Shown: positions 1 through 10,200 of the stretch, one piece after another | Layout: every line of letters starts with the position of its first letter | Numbering within the stretch: position 1 is the first letter of the stretch | Assembly: GCA_965226495.1 (NCBI GenBank) | Contig: OZ245365.1 | Span: 3,267,516-3,331,515 of the forward strand | Direction of reading: 5' to 3' | Length of the DNA: 64,000 nt | Source: Candidatus Marinacidobacterales bacterium | GTDB taxonomy: Bacteria > Acidobacteriota > Vicinamibacteria > Marinacidobacterales > DATDRI01 | Position numbers and translations under genes: made by a program | The notes under the pieces: model-generated | Seen by the model: only the letters and a program-made list of their open reading frames with translations | Told to the model about the DNA's origin: nothing | Databases searched by the model: none

Positions 1-367
1 GCTATGAAAACCCGATACTCGAATATAGGAGTATATTAGGTGAATGTCAAGTCATGTCATACGCACAATCTAACTAATTAGAAACAAAGGACTTAGACAG
101 AAAAACCAAAGGGTCGAAGGACCTGGCCGGTGGCTCAACTCATTGATAAAACAGTACTTACGCGCCCGGGCGCGGGCAAAAGACGTCTCTTCCCTTTCGA
201 GGCTGCCCCCGTCGCCGACCCCGGTCCGTTCCGTCGTCCTCGTCTAGCGTCTGACGCCCGGCCTCGTTTCGGCAACCGACGCCCGGCAAACTTCCCTCGT
301 GGCAAGCTTAGCAGGCATCCCTTTTTGGCGACTTACTGGCTCAATCCAGTAAAATAGTCAGTCGACC

Positions 368-1270
368 ATGAAGAACCTAGTTCCCCTGCCGTATCGCCGG
401 GTCTCGGTCCAGCCCTACGAACGCGAGATGACGGAAAAGCCCATCCGCGCGCACCTGATGGGCCGGGAGACGTATCGGCGGACGGACTTCATCGTCCTGA
501 GGAAGGGCCCAGACAGTAAGGAGACGGCGGTCGTCGAGGTCACGGCCCCCGATAGGGAGAGTCTCTTCAGCCCCATCGATTCGGTCCGGATCGTGGCCCT
601 GCCCGAAACCTGTGTCTTCGTCGAAGCCCCGGAGACCGATCCGGCCAACCCCTCCTCCCTGGCAGCCAAGGCGCACGAGCTCGGGATCGAGGGCGAGCAA
701 ACGCTGGTGGTGCGCGGCAAGTACGAGCACGTCGGCTTCATTCACCACCCCGATCCCATGGTCATCCGTGTCGTAGAAGTTTCTCCGCCGGAGCCGCCCA
801 AGCTCTTCGACCTCGCCCAACGCGTGCTCAGCTATGCGGAGCTTCCCCCAATACGGTTGGAGCTCACCCGCATCGACCTGAACGAGCTCGCCGAAGGCCA
901 CTCCCCTTCCGCCTTTCTGGTACCTTGCCGCTCCGGAGGACTGGATGGGCTCAAGGCACCGGTGTACTTTCTGGACGAGCGTCCGGCACGGCTCGATTGG
1001 ACGATGATCGGGTGCGAGCGCAGTCTACAGTTCCATCGTCACTACTACGGCGACGAGCCGCCCCGCATAGAGCTCTGCCCGCGCCAATTGGCCGGCGAGA
1101 ACGACGCTCCAACGCTACTCAAGTGTTGCCTCCTCGAGTTCGATTCCGAGCTCGACGAAAATGTTGCGATAGCACCCTGGGGCGCTGATCTGGCGATGGT
1201 GGAGAAGGCCATTCGTCAACTCGTGGCGGTCGCGGAGCGCGCACCCGCCGAAGCTACCAAAGCTACGTGA
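368..1270 (+). CDS. hypothetical protein; first gene of the comA-lyase operon
   Basis: 300-aa ORF ending 18 nt before the comA-like gene on the same strand. I recognise no family by eye. Confidence 0.5.
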   Translation: MKNLVPLPYRRVSVQPYEREMTEKPIRAHLMGRETYRRTDFIVLRKGPDSKETAVVEVTAPDRESLFSPIDSVRIVALPETCVFVEAPETDPANPSSLAAKAHELGIEGEQTLVVRGKYEHVGFIHHPDPMVIRVVEVSPPEPPKLFDLAQRVLSYAELPPIRLELTRIDLNELAEGHSPSAFLVPCRSGGLDGLKAPVYFLDERPARLDWTMIGCERSLQFHRHYYGDEPPRIELCPRQLAGENDAPTLLKCCLLEFDSELDENVAIAPWGADLAMVEKAIRQLVAVAERAPAEATKAT

Positions 1271-1288
1271 CATAGGAGAAAAGCATTC

Positions 1289-2125
1289 ATGACCAAAGCT
1301 TGGACTTCCATCTTTCCTGAGCTGGCGGCCCGCTCGCGGAAACCACGAACTCGCGGCGTGACGATGCTGCTGGACAAGTGCCAGGGCCCCGCGGCCACCG
1401 AAGATCTCCTGGCCATGTCGGGGGACTACATCGACTTTTGGAAGATGTCTTACGGAACGTCGGCTCTCCTCGACGACGGTTTCCTACGTCGCAAGATTGA
1501 AACGATCGGCCAGCACGACATCATCGTCCACCCTGGCGGCACATTGGCGGAATACGGGATCATGCGAGGTCTCACCCGAGAGTACGTCCGACACTGCCAG
1601 GCTCTCGGTTTCACCGGTGTCGAGATCTCGGATGGCACGATCGAAATGTCGCCCAGTGTGCGCCGGGATGCCATTCGGTACGCCCGGGATCTCGGTTTAA
1701 CCGTCATCACCGAGGTCGGTAAGAAAGACCCCAACGAGCAACCTGCGGTCGAGCTGCTAGCGGAACAAGCGCTAGGCGACTTCGATGCGGGCGCCTCCTG
1801 GGTCATCGTCGACGCGCGTGAGTCGGGTCGAGGAGTGGGGGTGTTCGACGCGGATGGCACCGTCCGCGAGGAAGCTGTCGATGCTATGGTCGATATCTTG
1901 GAAGGCCACCTCGATAAGATGATCTGGGAGACGCCGCTCAAGAAACAGCAGGAGTACTTCATCATCCGCTTCGGCCCGCATGTCGGACTCGGCAACATCC
2001 AACCGCGCGACGTCCTGGCACTTGAATCGATGCGCACCGGTATCCGCTTCGAGACTTTCCACGCCTTTGCCGAGAAGCTCCTCGAAGAGGCCCAGCAGGC
2101 TCGAGACGCGGCGGACGACGGATAA
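1289..2125 (+). CDS. comA: (2R)-phospho-3-sulfolactate synthase (ComA family)
   Basis: By-eye alignment to archaeal ComA blocks: GVTMLLDK, SGDYIDFWKMSYGTSAL, HPGGTLAEYG, LGFTGVEISDGT, TEVGKK, ARESGRGVGVFD, KKQQEYFIIRFGPHVGLGNI. Confidence 0.85.
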   Translation: MTKAWTSIFPELAARSRKPRTRGVTMLLDKCQGPAATEDLLAMSGDYIDFWKMSYGTSALLDDGFLRRKIETIGQHDIIVHPGGTLAEYGIMRGLTREYVRHCQALGFTGVEISDGTIEMSPSVRRDAIRYARDLGLTVITEVGKKDPNEQPAVELLAEQALGDFDAGASWVIVDARESGRGVGVFDADGTVREEAVDAMVDILEGHLDKMIWETPLKKQQEYFIIRFGPHVGLGNIQPRDVLALESMRTGIRFETFHAFAEKLLEEAQQARDAADDG

Positions 2126-2136
2126 CGAGAGAACCC

Positions 2137-3732
2137 ATGGTTTTTGGCGACCCCCCCTCCGACGCCCTCATCCGAACCGCCTATGCGCGCGAGGCGGGCG
2201 ACACGGCTATCCTTTATAAGGGGATGAGCCTGGCCGATATCGCCCACGTCGTCGGCTTGGTGGAGTCCAAGATCATTCCCCGCCAGGCGGGAGGCGAGCT
2301 CTTGTGGGCATTGCTAGAAATCCATCCTTCACCCCCGATGGATTTTGCCGTCGATCCCGGCCGCGGTGATTCCTACTCGAACCGCGAGGCTTACTTGAGA
2401 ATGCTCACTCCCTCGGCCGGATGGCTGTCGGCAGGCCGGGCGCGGCGCGAGTCCACGACGACCGGTTATCGAATCGCCGTCCGAGAGCGGTTGCTGAGCT
2501 TGGCCGGAGCACTCGGCGACTGCGCCGCGGCGGCACTCGAGCAATGTGACGCGCATCGAACGACTCTCTTCCCCGACTACACGTACCTTCAGCCGGCTCA
2601 ACCCACCGTGTTCGCGCATTACCTCCTGACGTTCGTCTACCCCATGCTCCGTGATCTAGAGCGTCTCGGTGGCGCCTTCGCGCGTACCAATGTCTCGCCG
2701 GCCGGCTGCGGCAGCGTGAACGGAAGCCGGCTACCCTTGGACCGCGAGGCGCTTTCCCAAATGCTCGGCTTCGACCGCCCCATCCCGCACGCACGCGACG
2801 CCATGTGGCAGGCGGACGGCCCGATCGAAAACGCGGCACTCATCACCGCGGTGCTCATCAACCTCGACCGCCTGGCCGAAGACCTGCAGATCTTTTCGAC
2901 ATCCGAGTTCGGGCTCGTCGAGTTGGCCGACCGCCATGCGCGCCCGAGCGTGATCATGCCGCAGAAGAAAAACCCGTACTCGCTCGCCTATCTCCGAGGG
3001 CTTGCCGGGGTTTCCATCGGCACCTTGGCTGCGATGGCTGCGGTCGCCAAGACGCCTTCCGGACAGATCGACAATCGCATGTTCGCTTATGGCGACGTAC
3101 CGCGGGCGCTCGATCAAGCGACGGACGCAACACGGTTGATGGCCGACGTGCTCCGAGGGCTCACTGTGAAGACGGATGTCGCTGAAAATCGAGCCGCACA
3201 AGACTTCCTCGGTGCGACCGACTTGGCGGAAGTCATCATGATCGAGTGCGAGATCGACTACAAAACCGCGCACCGTATCGTAGCCCGAGCCATTCGGGAG
3301 GCCCTCGAATCAAACGAAGTAGGCGAATCGGCGCTAGCCATCGAACGACTGGAAGCCGCCGCCGAAGCCACCATCGGAAAAAAACTCGGCCTCTCGAAGA
3401 AAAGAATTCGCGAGGTGCTCGACCCGGCGAGTATCGTCGCCACGCGCACCGGTATCGGAGGCGCCGCGAGCGAATCGGTGAGCGAGATGATCGCCGCATG
3501 CAGAAATGGCCTGAACGAAAATGAAGCGTGGCGCCTGGAGACGGGAAGGAAACTCGTGGAGGCCGAAACACGATTGGGAATGAAGGCCACACTACTGAAG
3601 ATCGTTCCCGCCGAGCCCGCTGAGAAAGACGGCTCGCCTGAATCGCAGCAAGCCGAAACCAGTTCTTGGGAAAAGGAGTTCGAAGATCTCCCCAAGATGC
3701 CTCCCGGGCGCCGCCGATTTCCAGCCGAATGA
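2137..3732 (+). CDS. aspartase/fumarase-superfamily lyase, argininosuccinate-lyase-like, with C-terminal extension
   Basis: Lyase_1 signature region RPSVIMPQKKNPYS (compare GSSxMPQKKNP). 531 aa. Starts 12 nt after comA. Confidence 0.8.
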   Translation: MVFGDPPSDALIRTAYAREAGDTAILYKGMSLADIAHVVGLVESKIIPRQAGGELLWALLEIHPSPPMDFAVDPGRGDSYSNREAYLRMLTPSAGWLSAGRARRESTTTGYRIAVRERLLSLAGALGDCAAAALEQCDAHRTTLFPDYTYLQPAQPTVFAHYLLTFVYPMLRDLERLGGAFARTNVSPAGCGSVNGSRLPLDREALSQMLGFDRPIPHARDAMWQADGPIENAALITAVLINLDRLAEDLQIFSTSEFGLVELADRHARPSVIMPQKKNPYSLAYLRGLAGVSIGTLAAMAAVAKTPSGQIDNRMFAYGDVPRALDQATDATRLMADVLRGLTVKTDVAENRAAQDFLGATDLAEVIMIECEIDYKTAHRIVARAIREALESNEVGESALAIERLEAAAEATIGKKLGLSKKRIREVLDPASIVATRTGIGGAASESVSEMIAACRNGLNENEAWRLETGRKLVEAETRLGMKATLLKIVPAEPAEKDGSPESQQAETSSWEKEFEDLPKMPPGRRRFPAE

Positions 3733-3756
3733 GCGCTCGAGTCAAATCTTAATTTT

Positions 3757-5148
3757 ATGCCATCTCACATCTCCGATTCGCTGATCTACCGGAGCTCATG
3801 GGGCACCGAGGAAACGCGTGCGATATTCGACGACGAGCCCCGAACCCGCGCTTGGCTCGAGATCCTGGCCGTGCTGGCGGAAAGCCAAGCGGAAGTAGGT
3901 CTCATCCCTGCCGGTGATGCCAAGAAAGTAGCGCGCGCTTGCCGAGAGATGACGCTCGACACCGAGTTCTTCGAGGAGGTCCGGAAGGGTTTCGAGGAGA
4001 CCAATCACACCACGCTCGGCCTCATTCGCGCCGTCCAACGCCGTTGCCCCGACGGCTCGGGCGAATGGGTCTACTACGGTGCCACCGTACAAGACGTCGT
4101 CGACACCTGGACCATGATGACGGTCGCGCAAGTATGGTCCATCGCGTTCCGGGAGCTGAAAGCGCTCGAAGAGAATCTCCTTAGGCTCGCGGAGACTCAC
4201 AAAGATACGGTAATGCCCGGTCGTACGCACGGCCAGCCCGGACTCCCCATCACCTTTGGTTTCAAGGCGGCAGTCTGGGCGAGCGAGACCCGACGCCACA
4301 TCGCGCGCCTCAAAGACATTAGAAGTCGCATCGGAGTGGGTCAGCTCGTCGGCGGTGTAGGCAGCATGTCCTCCTTGGGTCCGCAGGCTTTCACGTTGCA
4401 AGAGAAGTTCTGTTCTCGCCTAGGGCTTCGACCGTCGGATATCTCATGGACCACCGCGCGCGACGTCTTTGTAGAATGGTTCCAGCTGCTAACCCTCATC
4501 TCCGGTACCGCAGACAAAATGGGGCATGAGATCTACAACCTGCAGCGTCCCGAGATCGGTGAGGTGACCGAAGGTTTCGTACCGGGAACGGTGGGGAGCA
4601 TCACGATGCCGCACAAGCGCAACCCCGAAATCGCGGAGCACCTGGGCACGCTGGCGAGAGTAATTCGTCACAACACGGCGCTCCTGTCAGAATCTCAAGT
4701 TCACGACCACGAGCGGGACGGGCGAGCTTGGAAGTCGGAGTGGGCGGTTCTGGCCGAGACATCGATGGCGGCGGCAAAGCTTCTCGAGTTGACCAACACG
4801 ATGATCCAACATCTCGACGTCCACGCCGACCGAGCGCTCGCCAATCTGGAAGCGAGCAAGGGCTTCGTGCTGTCGGAAGCCGTCATGCTGAAGCTAGCGG
4901 AGCACGTTGGCAAGCAAAGCGCTCACACATTAATGTACGAGACCGCGATGAAGGCGCATGAGGCAGATCGTCCGCTAAAGGACGCCGTCTTAGAAAATGA
5001 TGCCATCCGCAAGCACCTGTCCGCGGAGACCATCGAGGCTCTTTTCGACTACCGGCGACATACAGGCTTCTGTAGCGAGCAAGTCGATCGGGTGCTGGCG
5101 CGAGCCAAGAAGGAGAGGGAGAGGGAGAGGGAGAGCGACTCGAAATGA
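3757..5148 (+). CDS. aspartase/fumarase-superfamily lyase, adenylosuccinate-lyase/PcaB-like
   Basis: GSITMPHKRNPE signature and a HGQPGLPITFG block. 463 aa. The C-terminus is an ERERERE tail encoded by a GAGAGG microsatellite. Confidence 0.8.
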   Translation: MPSHISDSLIYRSSWGTEETRAIFDDEPRTRAWLEILAVLAESQAEVGLIPAGDAKKVARACREMTLDTEFFEEVRKGFEETNHTTLGLIRAVQRRCPDGSGEWVYYGATVQDVVDTWTMMTVAQVWSIAFRELKALEENLLRLAETHKDTVMPGRTHGQPGLPITFGFKAAVWASETRRHIARLKDIRSRIGVGQLVGGVGSMSSLGPQAFTLQEKFCSRLGLRPSDISWTTARDVFVEWFQLLTLISGTADKMGHEIYNLQRPEIGEVTEGFVPGTVGSITMPHKRNPEIAEHLGTLARVIRHNTALLSESQVHDHERDGRAWKSEWAVLAETSMAAAKLLELTNTMIQHLDVHADRALANLEASKGFVLSEAVMLKLAEHVGKQSAHTLMYETAMKAHEADRPLKDAVLENDAIRKHLSAETIEALFDYRRHTGFCSEQVDRVLARAKKERERERESDSK

Positions 5149-5558
5149 AACCCTGTTTCTACATCGGGTTGGCACTGATTCTATTCACGTTGGGAGGGTG
5201 TGGCAACGGAGAAGGCACCAAGAGTGGCGAAACCAACATCAAACCCCTCCCCACCGGCAACCCGACAGACGGAGAAAGCGTCTTCTTGGGCACGTGTATC
5301 AAATGCCACGGCAAAGATGCGACCGGGATCGAAGGTTCAGGAACCAATCTGACCATCAGCGAGTTCGTCAAAGCTCATACTGATGCCGAGTTGGTGGAGT
5401 ACATCAAGACCGGACGCGCGATGAACGACGCGCTCAACACGACGGGGATCGCGATGCCCCCGTACGGCGCCAATCCAATGCTAACCGATCAGGATCTCGC
5501 CGACGTCGTGGCTTACTTACGAGCCGTTCAGCGTGCACCCGATTCACCGACGAACTGA
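5145..5558 (+). CDS. mono-haem c-type cytochrome, probable lipoprotein
   Basis: Single CxxCH (CIKCHG). N-terminal hydrophobic segment followed by LGGCGNG. Its ATG overlaps the upstream lyase stop (ATGA). Confidence 0.7.
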   Translation: MKPCFYIGLALILFTLGGCGNGEGTKSGETNIKPLPTGNPTDGESVFLGTCIKCHGKDATGIEGSGTNLTISEFVKAHTDAELVEYIKTGRAMNDALNTTGIAMPPYGANPMLTDQDLADVVAYLRAVQRAPDSPTN

Positions 5559-5572
5559 GGAAAAACATACCC

Positions 5573-6568
5573 ATGTCGACTCCCACTCGTTTCGAGCTAG
5601 GCATTTTTCCCACACCTCTCGTCGAGGCCTCGCGCTTATCGCAAGCCCTCGAGGGTCCACGCATCCTTATCAAGCGCGACGACCTCACGGGTTTCGGCTT
5701 CGGTGGCAACAAAGTACGTGGACTCGAGTATTCCATCGCGGACGCCATCGCGCAGAAAACCGATGTCGTCGTCACCGGAGCGGGCCCCCAATCGAACCAC
5801 ATCCGCGCCACCGCGGCCGCGGCGCGAGCGGCGGGGCTCGATGTGGTCGCCGTCATGCACGGTGACCGGCCCGCCGAGACGCAGGGCAATTTTCTTCTCG
5901 ATCAATGGCTAGATGTCGAGATCCGTTTCACTAACGATCCCGACCGCAGCCTCTTAGATCAGAAGATCGAGGAAGTCGCCGAGGAGCTCCGGCAATCGGG
6001 GCGACGACCGTATGTCATTCCGCGGGGCGGTTCTTCGGGACTCAGTGCCTGCGGTTACGTGCAGTGTGCCCGTGAAATGGGGGAGCAGCTCGTAGACCGC
6101 GGCGCCAGACCCCACTGGCTGGTCATCGCAACCGGGGGCGGTGGCACGCATGCGGGTCTCCTTGCCGGTTCGAAGATTTACGATGCACCGTATCGCATTC
6201 TCGGCGTCACGGTGAGCCGTCCGCCGGAGGAGTGCGAGGAACGCATCGGACGCCTGGCGCGTGAGGCGGCGAAGCTCGTCCGGCCTCAAGGTGATCCTAT
6301 CCAGATCGCTCCCGACGACATCTCTGTCCGTGACGGCTTCATCGGCGAGGGGTACGGCATTCCCTCGCCGGAAGGCATCGAAGCCATCCGCCTGCTAAGC
6401 CGGACAGAAGGAATGTTCTTGGATCCCGTCTATACCGGCAAGGCCATGGCCGGCCTTATTGGTGAGATCCGAGCGGGGCGCATTAGGAAGGGCGAGACGG
6501 TCGTCTTCGTTCACACCGGAGGAGAGCCTGCCCTCTTTGCCTACCCGGAGATCGCAACGCGTTCATGA
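5573..6568 (+). CDS. PLP-dependent enzyme, ACC deaminase/D-cysteine desulfhydrase family (fold type II)
   Basis: FPTPL...KRDDLTGFGFGGNKVRGLEY PLP-lysine motif. QSNHIRATAAAA and TGGGGTHAGL glycine-rich loop. Confidence 0.85.
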   Translation: MSTPTRFELGIFPTPLVEASRLSQALEGPRILIKRDDLTGFGFGGNKVRGLEYSIADAIAQKTDVVVTGAGPQSNHIRATAAAARAAGLDVVAVMHGDRPAETQGNFLLDQWLDVEIRFTNDPDRSLLDQKIEEVAEELRQSGRRPYVIPRGGSSGLSACGYVQCAREMGEQLVDRGARPHWLVIATGGGGTHAGLLAGSKIYDAPYRILGVTVSRPPEECEERIGRLAREAAKLVRPQGDPIQIAPDDISVRDGFIGEGYGIPSPEGIEAIRLLSRTEGMFLDPVYTGKAMAGLIGEIRAGRIRKGETVVFVHTGGEPALFAYPEIATRS

Positions 6569-6607
6569 AAAGCAGCCTGCCCGCTGCGATTTACCTGATT
6601 GCCGCCC

Positions 6608-7078
6608 TCATACCAACCGGTGGCGCACCGCACGAAGAGTCTCGTCGCTCTCGTCGAACGCCAGAGTCTTCGCCGCTTGCAGTAGACCCTCGACCTGTGC
6701 CGCTTCGTGCCCCCAGGAGTCACCCGCGAATAAAACCGGCAAGTAGGCGGTGCGAGCGAGGCCGGTAAGATCCTCTTCTTGGATATCAATCGAGCCAAGA
6801 GCCGTGTGGTCAATCCTTGGCACCGAGAGCGTGACCGCCCTCTGACGATGGGTCTCGAGATCGGCGATCACCTCGGGTAAGGCTACGATGATGAGTTGGA
6901 CCGGGCGGCCGAGGTGTGTTCGTCCAATGGTCTCCACACGCACCCGCGGGCTCTTCTCGAGCTCTGCTAGTGTCGAGGCGAAACTTCGATCGACGAGCAG
7001 CACTTCTGCAGGAGGCTGCGTGCTCTCGGCTTGTGATCCACCAGCCGCCAACAAAAGGGCCAGCACTTGAAAGGTCAT
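6608..7078 (-). CDS. hypothetical secreted protein
   Basis: Signal-peptide-like N-terminus MTFQVLALLLAAGGSQA. No family recognised. Confidence 0.4.
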   Translation of the reverse strand: MTFQVLALLLAAGGSQAESTQPPAEVLLVDRSFASTLAELEKSPRVRVETIGRTHLGRPVQLIIVALPEVIADLETHRQRAVTLSVPRIDHTALGSIDIQEEDLTGLARTAYLPVLFAGDSWGHEAAQVEGLLQAAKTLAFDESDETLRAVRHRLV

Positions 7079-7222
7079 CTTGATTCCCTCCGGCGGCTTG
7101 ACGGTCTGTCGGCCTGTCAGGCGAACCCGGGTACCACACTCTATACATCCTATTTGACCGATGGAAGCCAAGACAAATAGAATACGCCCGCTCCAGGAAG
7201 GGATTTAGGAGAAGGACCCACG

Positions 7223-10200
7223 ATGAACAATTCTTACACTCACCGAACAGCTTTCATCGGCGCTCTAGTGCTGATCGCGATGGTGCCCCGGGTCGCTGCC
7301 GAGCCCTATGATCCGGATGTTTACCAAAATCTGGAGTGGCGTTTCATCGGTCCTTATCGCGGCGGCCGCGTGACGACCGCGGTAGGTGTCCCTGGACAAG
7401 CCAACGTCTACTACCAAGGGGCAACCGGCGGCGGCGTTTGGAAAACCACCGATGCTGGACTTTCTTGGAAAAACGTCTCTGACGGTTTTCTCAAGACCGG
7501 CTCGGTGGGCGCGATCGCCGTAGCTCCATCCGATCCCAACGTCGTGTACGTGGGCATGGGAGAGGTTTGCATTCGGAGCAACTTCTCGCACGGAGACGGG
7601 GTCTACAAATCGACCGATGCCGGTAAAACCTGGACGCATGTCGGGCTCTCTGACTCGCGGCAAATCGGTCAGATCCGCGTCCATCCCGAAAACCCCGACC
7701 TGGTCTACGTCGCGGCGCTGGGTCACGTCTTCGGCCCCAACGAAGAGCGAGGCGTATTTCGGTCCAAGGACGGGGGGACGTCGTGGGAGAAAGTCCTTTA
7801 CATAGATGACAAGACCGGCGCGGTCGATTTGAGCCTGGATGTTACGAACCCCAACGTCATCTACGCAGCTATGTGGCAAGTCATTCGAAAACCATGGGGC
7901 ATCCTTCCGCATGGGCCTGGAAGCGGTATCTACAAAACGACGAACGGTGGAGATTCCTGGGAAGAGCTCACCCGCGGCCTGCCAGGGACGGGTCTCGGAA
8001 GGATCGGCGTTTCGGTCTCTCCCGTCAATCCCAACCGAGTGTGGGCGCTGGTCGAGGCTGACGGCGGGGATCTCTTTCTTTCCGACGACGCCAGCGTCTC
8101 TTGGACTATGGTCAACGACGATTTTCATTTACAGCGGCGACCTTATTACTACGGCCACATCTATGCCGATACTCAAGAGGTCGACTCTGTCTACGTCCTC
8201 ACCTCTCCCTTCATGAAGTCGATAGACGCGGGGAAGTCCTTCGCGCATATCGAAGTGCCTCACGGGGATAACCACGACCTTTGGATCGCGCCCGACGACA
8301 ACAACCGCATGATCAACGCCAACGATGGTGGCGCAAACGTATCCTTCGACGGAGGAAAGAGCTGGAGTCGAATCGATAACCAGCCTACCGCTCAGTTCTA
8401 TTGGGTCATCACGGACGACCGGTTCCCCTATCGTGTTTACGGTGCCCAACAGGACAATACGACAGTCTCGATCGCAAGCCGGACGGCAACCCCCGGAATC
8501 GCGGCGAGTGATTGGTATGCGGTGGCGGGGGGCGAGAGCGGCTACATTGCTCCCAAACCGGGAGCTCCCGACGTAACCTACGGGGGCAGCTATTGGGGAT
8601 TGATGACGCGTCACGATCGCCGCACCGGCGAAAATCGTGACGTTTCGCCTTGGCCGGCTCGGCCGATGGGGCGCGTGGGAGCGGATCTGAAGTACCGCTT
8701 CAACTGGACGTATCCTATTGTGATCTCGCCGCATGATCCCAACACGATCTTTGCCGGGGCGAACGTCGTCTTCCGCTCCACCAACGAAGGGCAGAGCTGG
8801 GAAGTGGTCAGCCCGGACCTAACTCATGACGACAAAAGCAAGCAGCGGCTGGGTCGACTCTCCGACTTCTACTGCACGATCACTTCGATCGCCGAGTCGA
8901 AGCTCCAAAAGGATTTGCTCTGGGTGGGGTCCGACGACGGAAGAGTTCACCTGACACGGAATGGCGGGCAAGAGTGGCTAGAGGTCACGCCTTCAGAAAT
9001 GGAAGCGTGGAGCCGGATAAACGTCATTGAACCCTCGCCTCATGACGCGGGCTCGGCGTACTTGGCGGTGAACCGATACCAGCTCGACGACTACCGACCG
9101 TATGTTTACAAGACCAAGGACTTTGGAAGCAGCTGGAAGCGGGTGGCGAAAGGTATCCCCGAAAACGCGTTCGTCAGAACGGTGCGCGAAGATCCCAAAC
9201 GCAGAGGGCTCCTTTACGCCGGTACTGAAACGGGCGTCTACGTATCTTTCGACGACGGAGAGAACTGGCAGTCGCTGCGAGGCAACTTGCCGATCGTGCC
9301 GATTACCGACCTCGCGGTCAAGAACGATGACCTCGTCGCCGCCACTCAAGGCCGCGCTTTCTGGATCTTGGATGATCTGACACCGCTCCATCAGCTCACG
9401 CCAGAGATCGCCGCATCTCCTTTCTTCCTATTCGAGCCACGCGACGCATACCGGGTGAGGAAACACCGCTCCTTTCTCCGAGACCCGAACACGGGTCAGA
9501 ATCCCCCCGACGGCGTCATCGTGGACTATTTACTGCGAGATAGTTCAGGCGTAGTGACTCTCGAGTTCCTCGACGCCGATGGCGGCACGATCCAGTCCTT
9601 AAACAGCTCGGACCAGGAATCGAACGTCACTGTGGAACCAGGACTCAATCGTTTCGTCTGGGATATGCGCTATCCCGATGGCACGGATCTCACAAATGGC
9701 AGTCATCTATTCGGCGGCAATCTCCGTGGGCCCATGGCCGTCCCAGGCACTTACCAGGTCCGCCTAGCGGTAAGCGGTGAAACGACGAGTGCTTCGTTCG
9801 ACATCAGAAAAGATCCAAGGGTTACCGCCACCCGTGAGGATCTTCAGGCTCAGTTCGACTTGCTCATCGCCATCCGTGATGGTGTGAGCGACGCCCACAC
9901 CGCGGCCAACCAGATCCTCGCCGCTAAGGAACACGTCCAGAACTTATCGACTGAGGACGCGAACATAGAGACCCAAGCAAGGGAGGTTGACCTGAAGCTC
10001 ACCGCAGTCCTGGACGAGCTGGTGGAGCTGCGCTTCCGTGGCATCGACGACCAGATGCTCGTCTACCCGCTGCAGCTAAACGCAAAGATCGTGTCTTTAC
10101 AGCGAGTGGTTGCTAGCGCAGAACGCCGGCCCACCGATCAGTCCGTGGAAGTCTTTAGAGTGTTACGGTCTCAGCTCGACACGCAACTCAGGAAGCTCGA

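Noticed and set aside
130-357. 75-aa ORF in the 5' leader region before the operon
   Set aside because: Arg/Pro-rich translation typical of GC-rich non-coding or antisense sequence. No start context or motif. The region is more likely the promoter/leader of the comA operon. The AT-rich first 120 nt may be the end of an upstream element that I cannot see.
377-2247. Long antisense ORFs (377..901 -, 1450..2247 -, etc.) overlapping strongly supported plus-strand genes
   Set aside because: High-GC genomes generate long open frames on the opposite strand. The plus-strand genes have clear family signatures and the antisense ones have none.
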